64,000 bases of DNA from Myxococcota bacterium (lineage in GTDB: Bacteria; Myxococcota_A; UBA796; CAJQPC01), in assembly GCA_036012755.1 (NCBI GenBank), contig DASCPX010000087.1, forward strand, positions 32,702-96,701, read 5' to 3'. A program made the translations under genes and the position numbers. The notes under the pieces are model-generated. The model had not been told where the DNA came from. It searched no databases and saw nothing but the letters and a program-made list of their open reading frames with translations. This document shows, in pieces, positions 60,471 to 64,000 of the stretch (position 1 is the first letter of the stretch; the number at the start of each line of letters is the position of its first letter).

Positions 60471-61416
60471 GGGACACCCCCAGCCCGATGTCCGCGAAGG
60501 GGTCACGCGAGTAGCCGGCCCGGACCTGCAGCTCGAGCACCAGCGGCCCGACGAGGCGTCGTGGGTAGCGCACGTGGACCGCGCCGCCGGGGTGGAGCTT
60601 CGTCTCGGTCGTGCCGTCGGGGCAGAGCTCCTGGCCGAGCAGGTTCACGCTCTGGAGGCCCACGGCGAAGGGCCCGGCGGTGGTCTCGAAGCCAGCCGAG
60701 ATCGGAAAGTGGAACCTGCCCCCATCGCCCTGGATGCCGAGGTCGATGGTCAGGGCCACCGTCGACATCAGGCGCTGGCGGGCGACCATCTTGGCGCCCA
60801 GTTGGGGGGAGTCGGCGGCGTAGGCCCCGGTGAACATCAGGCCCAGGGACTGGCGCGGTGGTCCGAGGCGAAGCTCCAGGTCCGCGCCCGACCAGGGCTC
60901 GACGAGCTCCGGCGCGGCGTCCCCGATGACCTCTGCGGCCTGGCCTCGCCGAACGAGCACCTCGCCCGCCTCGTTGGCGACTCGGACGCGGCCGTCCCTC
61001 ACGGTGACGTGGACCGTGTCGTCCTCGACGTCGAAGGCGAAGCGGGTGCCCTCGACGGCGGCCTCGACGCCTTCGTGCTCGACGCGGAAGAAGCCCTCGA
61101 CCTCGTAGAGCACCTCGCCGAGGCTCTGGAGCACTCCCTCCTCTTCGAGGACGAGCTCGCTCTGGGGTGCGACGACCATGAGCTGCCCGTCGGAGCGCTC
61201 GATGCGCGCCCGAGCCGAGCCGGTGGTGAAGGTGTCGCCGATGTCGACCTCGTCGCCGCGGCTGGCGCCTTCGCTGTCGTCGATGTGGACCTCTGTCGAG
61301 GTGGCGACGAGGACCCAGGCCTTGCCTTGCTCTTCCCAGATCGCGTCGATGCGCGCGTATGGCGCGGCCTGGGCGGACTCGGTGAGCAGAAGGAGGGGAA
61401 GCACGACGGGGATCAA
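60460..61416 (-). CDS. Exported FecR-domain protein with C-terminal beta-rich region
   Basis: GDTFTTGSARARI..DG..VVAPQSEL, AAVEGTRF, VTVRDGRVRV..GEVLV..GQ. Confidence 0.78.
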   Translation of the reverse strand: MIPVVLPLLLLTESAQAAPYARIDAIWEEQGKAWVLVATSTEVHIDDSEGASRGDEVDIGDTFTTGSARARIERSDGQLMVVAPQSELVLEEEGVLQSLGEVLYEVEGFFRVEHEGVEAAVEGTRFAFDVEDDTVHVTVRDGRVRVANEAGEVLVRRGQAAEVIGDAAPELVEPWSGADLELRLGPPRQSLGLMFTGAYAADSPQLGAKMVARQRLMSTVALTIDLGIQGDGGRFHFPISAGFETTAGPFAVGLQSVNLLGQELCPDGTTETKLHPGGAVHVRYPRRLVGPLVLELQVRAGYSRDPFADIGLGVSLAR

Positions 61417-61498
61417 GGGCCAGACAACTCAGGAGTTACACGCTCTCGTCTGAAATCGAGTGCCGGGTCCGCCCCTTCATAGCGCTTCAGGAGATTCG

Positions 61499-62467
61499 AT
61501 GACGCCGCTGTCGGAACAGATCGCCCACTTCGTCGAGACCGGCGGTGGCGCGGGTGCGCTGTGGGCCAGCGTGCTGCGACATGTGCGGCAGGCCACCCGG
61601 CGCTACCCGGACGCCTACTTCGAGCTCGGCCAGAAGAACGACGAGGCCGTCGAGGGTCTGGCAGGACGGGTCTTCACCATCTGCGCGAAGGCCGAGAAGG
61701 GGCGCTTCCCCTTCATGAAGCGGACCCCCTTCGTGACCTACGTGGAAGAGGACTTCGACGACCCGCCCATCCGCTACCACAGCTTCTACGCCAAGCTGTC
61801 GATCACGCGCGAGGTGCTCCGCGACGACTACGCGAAGAACGTGCGGCGCGACCCCATCCTGCGCTTCCGCGACGACCTTCACCGGCGCATCGGAGCCGTG
61901 CTCAAGGAAGCGGGGGTGCCTGTGGAGGGCGGCCATGGGGGGCATCGTCGCTGGACGGTGGTGGCCGGTCCGCGCATTCCCGTGTCAGAGGATGTCGTGC
62001 TCGATGAGCTCCGGGGCATGCGGACGTGCGACCTCGATGTCCTTGTCGTGCACGCCCTGAAGGCCCTGGCGGTCCCGATCAGCCACAGCCGCCTGTCCAA
62101 CCTGCTCGGCAGCGTGCTCGAGCCCAAGAGCCTGGAAGAAGCGGCGGAGTCGCCAAAGGGCGATCTGGAGGAAGTCCTGACCATTCGCAATGCCGTCCTG
62201 GAGGCCTGGGCCGACCTCGACTCAGACGAGCGCGCCCTGGTCGCGGCCCTGGCTCGCGGAGACTCCTACGACGAGCTCATCGCCCGCTGCCCACGCCTGA
62301 AGAACCGCGTCGCGGTGAGCCGAGCCATCAAGCGGGTCGGCTACCGCTTCGTCGCCCGGGTGGTAGAGGCCGTCGGCGGCACGTCATCTGGCGACACCCC
62401 ACCACGTGAGCTCCTGGAGCAGATCGTAGCTGTGTTGATCCCCTTGCTCCCGGAGATGGAGTCATGA
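61499..62467 (+). CDS. Atypical ECF sigma-factor-like protein
   Basis: C-terminal AWADLDSDERALV..GDSYDELI..VAVSRAIKR resembles sigma region 4; helical N-terminus; AGGAG upstream. Confidence 0.55.
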   Translation: MTPLSEQIAHFVETGGGAGALWASVLRHVRQATRRYPDAYFELGQKNDEAVEGLAGRVFTICAKAEKGRFPFMKRTPFVTYVEEDFDDPPIRYHSFYAKLSITREVLRDDYAKNVRRDPILRFRDDLHRRIGAVLKEAGVPVEGGHGGHRRWTVVAGPRIPVSEDVVLDELRGMRTCDLDVLVVHALKALAVPISHSRLSNLLGSVLEPKSLEEAAESPKGDLEEVLTIRNAVLEAWADLDSDERALVAALARGDSYDELIARCPRLKNRVAVSRAIKRVGYRFVARVVEAVGGTSSGDTPPRELLEQIVAVLIPLLPEMES

Positions 62468-62868
62468 AGAAGCTCCTGGCAGAAGACCCCCTGGTCGAAG
62501 CCTTCGCAGAGGCCGCCGAGACCCACCGTGCCTGGCTCTCCAGAGGTCTCGCAGAGACCGAATACGAAGAGGGTCTGTATGTGGACGAGGCCGAGATCGA
62601 TGCCCTGGTAGATCAGGACGAGGCCCGGCTGGCCGCGAAGTCTGGTGGTCGCGAGCTCCCGGCTGAGTACCGAGGAGGAGGCTGGTTCCTGCGCATGGGG
62701 CTGACGGCTCTCGGCGTGGCCTACGTGGAGCTGGTCAGTGGGCCTGGGCCACTGCAGGTGTTCGAGCGCTGGTTGGGGGTCGGGGAGCGCGCAGAGCTTC
62801 CGGATGTGGAGGCGCCGGAAGAGGTCGTGGGGGTTGATGAGAGTGGAGGGATCCGGGTGTTGCGGTGA
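62464..62868 (+). CDS. Hypothetical acidic protein
   Basis: ATGA overlap with the upstream gene; GGAG RBS. Confidence 0.7.
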   Translation: MKKLLAEDPLVEAFAEAAETHRAWLSRGLAETEYEEGLYVDEAEIDALVDQDEARLAAKSGGRELPAEYRGGGWFLRMGLTALGVAYVELVSGPGPLQVFERWLGVGERAELPDVEAPEEVVGVDESGGIRVLR

Positions 62869-62928
62869 CGGTGACGGGGGACGGTGATGGTGACGGGAAC
62901 GGGGACAGGAGACGGTGACGGGAACGGG
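62864..62928. repeat. Degenerate hexamer tandem repeat (G[TG][GA]ACG-like)
   Basis: gtgacg gtgacg ggg... gtgatg gtgacg ggaacg gggaca ggagacg gtgacg ggaacg immediately after the stop codon. Confidence 0.7.
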
Positions 62929-63005
62929 CGTGCGTCGCCTGGTCCGCGGGATGACTTGCAGCGCCGTGGACTGAACGAGAGGGGGGGACTCTGGCAGAAT
63001 GCGGC

Positions 63006-63170
63006 ATGGCCGAAGCGCCCGATTACCTGCGTCGAACACGGGTCATGCTCGTGGTCGCCGCTGTGGGGCTGTTCGTCTCCGGCGTGACGATCTGGCCCTG
63101 GGAGGTCGAACTGGAGCTCGCGCTGGCCGCTTGCGCTGCTCTGGGACTGCCGGAGGCGCGGCCCGCTTGA
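63006..63170 (+). pseudogene. Short ORF, possible truncated membrane-protein gene
   Basis: Translated manually: MAEAPDYLRRTRVMLVVAAVGLFVSGVTIWPWEVELELALAACAALGLPEARPA* (54 aa, below the track cut-off). Confidence 0.4.
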
Positions 63171-63265
63171 GCTGGTCGGCGAGGTTGCTGTTTCCACGAG
63201 GTGGCGACGGCGCCCGGTGGCGCCTTCTCGTTAGCCGCCACTGCACGCTGTCGCTACGCATGGGC

Positions 63266-64000
63266 CTATCTGGGCCAGCCTTCAGCGCGCTCAGCGAGAT
63301 CCTCCGCGTACCCACATGTGTGGACATTGCTCCGGAGCTGACAGGCTGCTTCGGCATATGCCAGCGCCGCCTCGAGATCTCCCGTAGTCTCAGCGGCGAC
63401 AGCCAGGTTGTGGGACGCCCGCGCGGCGAGGCCTCGGTGTCGCGAATCAACGTGGGCGCTCCAGCCCGCGGCGGCCGATTCCCAGTCGCCCTGTTCGATG
63501 GCACCGGCCGCTGCGTAGAAGCCACCGGCCATCCCATCGTACATCGTCCTGCGCTGCAGCTGTATCTGTGGCAGGAAACGCTCCACATAGGCAGTGCCCA
63601 CCCTCTGGGGGTTGTTCGAATCCAACGAGGCCGAGTCGAACCGGTCCCCGTTGCATGAGTAGCCGCCCCAGCCGCTTCCGGTGAACTGCCCGTCGGCGCT
63701 CTTGTCGACTCGCTCGAGTGAGATCACCGCCGTGCCCGTTGTCTGGTCACAAACCCGCGCAACCACGTGAGGAGCCATGTCGCCGCCGATGTAGACGTTC
63801 GCTTCGTCGTATGCGGCCTGGCCGAGTTCCGGCTCCACCACCGGAATGCCGGTCCCGGCGGCGAAGTCCTCTCCGAACCGACGAATGGCATCCCGGCCTT
63901 CGGGGTCGGTGCGAGTGCGGTCGACGACCGTGACCGATGTGACGTCCGGCGGCAAACCGATGTGCGATCTGGGCGAGGCTGACGCGCCGGGTCCCCAAAA
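63266..64000 (-). CDS. DUF6340-like/TPR-containing protein, 5' end beyond the window
   Basis: IGLPPDVTSVTVVDRT near the N-terminus; C-terminal GDWESAAAGW..ASHNLAVAAE..GDLEAALAYA TPR-like helices. Confidence 0.6.
   Translation of the reverse strand, partial: FWGPGASASPRSHIGLPPDVTSVTVVDRTRTDPEGRDAIRRFGEDFAAGTGIPVVEPELGQAAYDEANVYIGGDMAPHVVARVCDQTTGTAVISLERVDKSADGQFTGSGWGGYSCNGDRFDSASLDSNNPQRVGTAYVERFLPQIQLQRRTMYDGMAGGFYAAAGAIEQGDWESAAAGWSAHVDSRHRGLAARASHNLAVAAETTGDLEAALAYAEAACQLRSNVHTCGYAEDLAERAEGWPR

Overview
GC-rich bacterial window (about two-thirds G+C by eye), most consistent with a Myxococcota-like genome: MXAN_5187-type domain, MYXO-CTERM-like tails, Hanks kinase/FHA signalling, and an atp operon lacking atpB/atpE. 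Housekeeping genes are queE, fumC, hemE-hemH-hemY, cobS and atpF'FHAGDC, plus an RND pair, an ABC pair and many exported proteins. The best candidate for an undescribed system is a ~7 kb locus (25351-32409). It contains a full-length but apparently catalytically dead long RelA/SpoT homologue (HD-SYNTH-TGS-ZFD-ACT) fused to a STAND-type P-loop NTPase. This gene is translationally coupled to a second STAND-like NTPase with an OmpR-type winged helix, and the pair is flanked by two divergent ECF-sigma-like genes, one carrying a LexA-like HTH. Other notable signals are several further pseudo-enzymes, a Tat-exported CrtU-like FAD/Rieske protein coupled to hemE, very short uncharged signal peptides, recurrent D-[ST]-G motifs in exported proteins, and a frameshifted HExxH gene. 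No rRNA, tRNA, CRISPR array or transposase was recognised. All family calls come from reading motifs by eye, not from database searches; start codons are best estimates.
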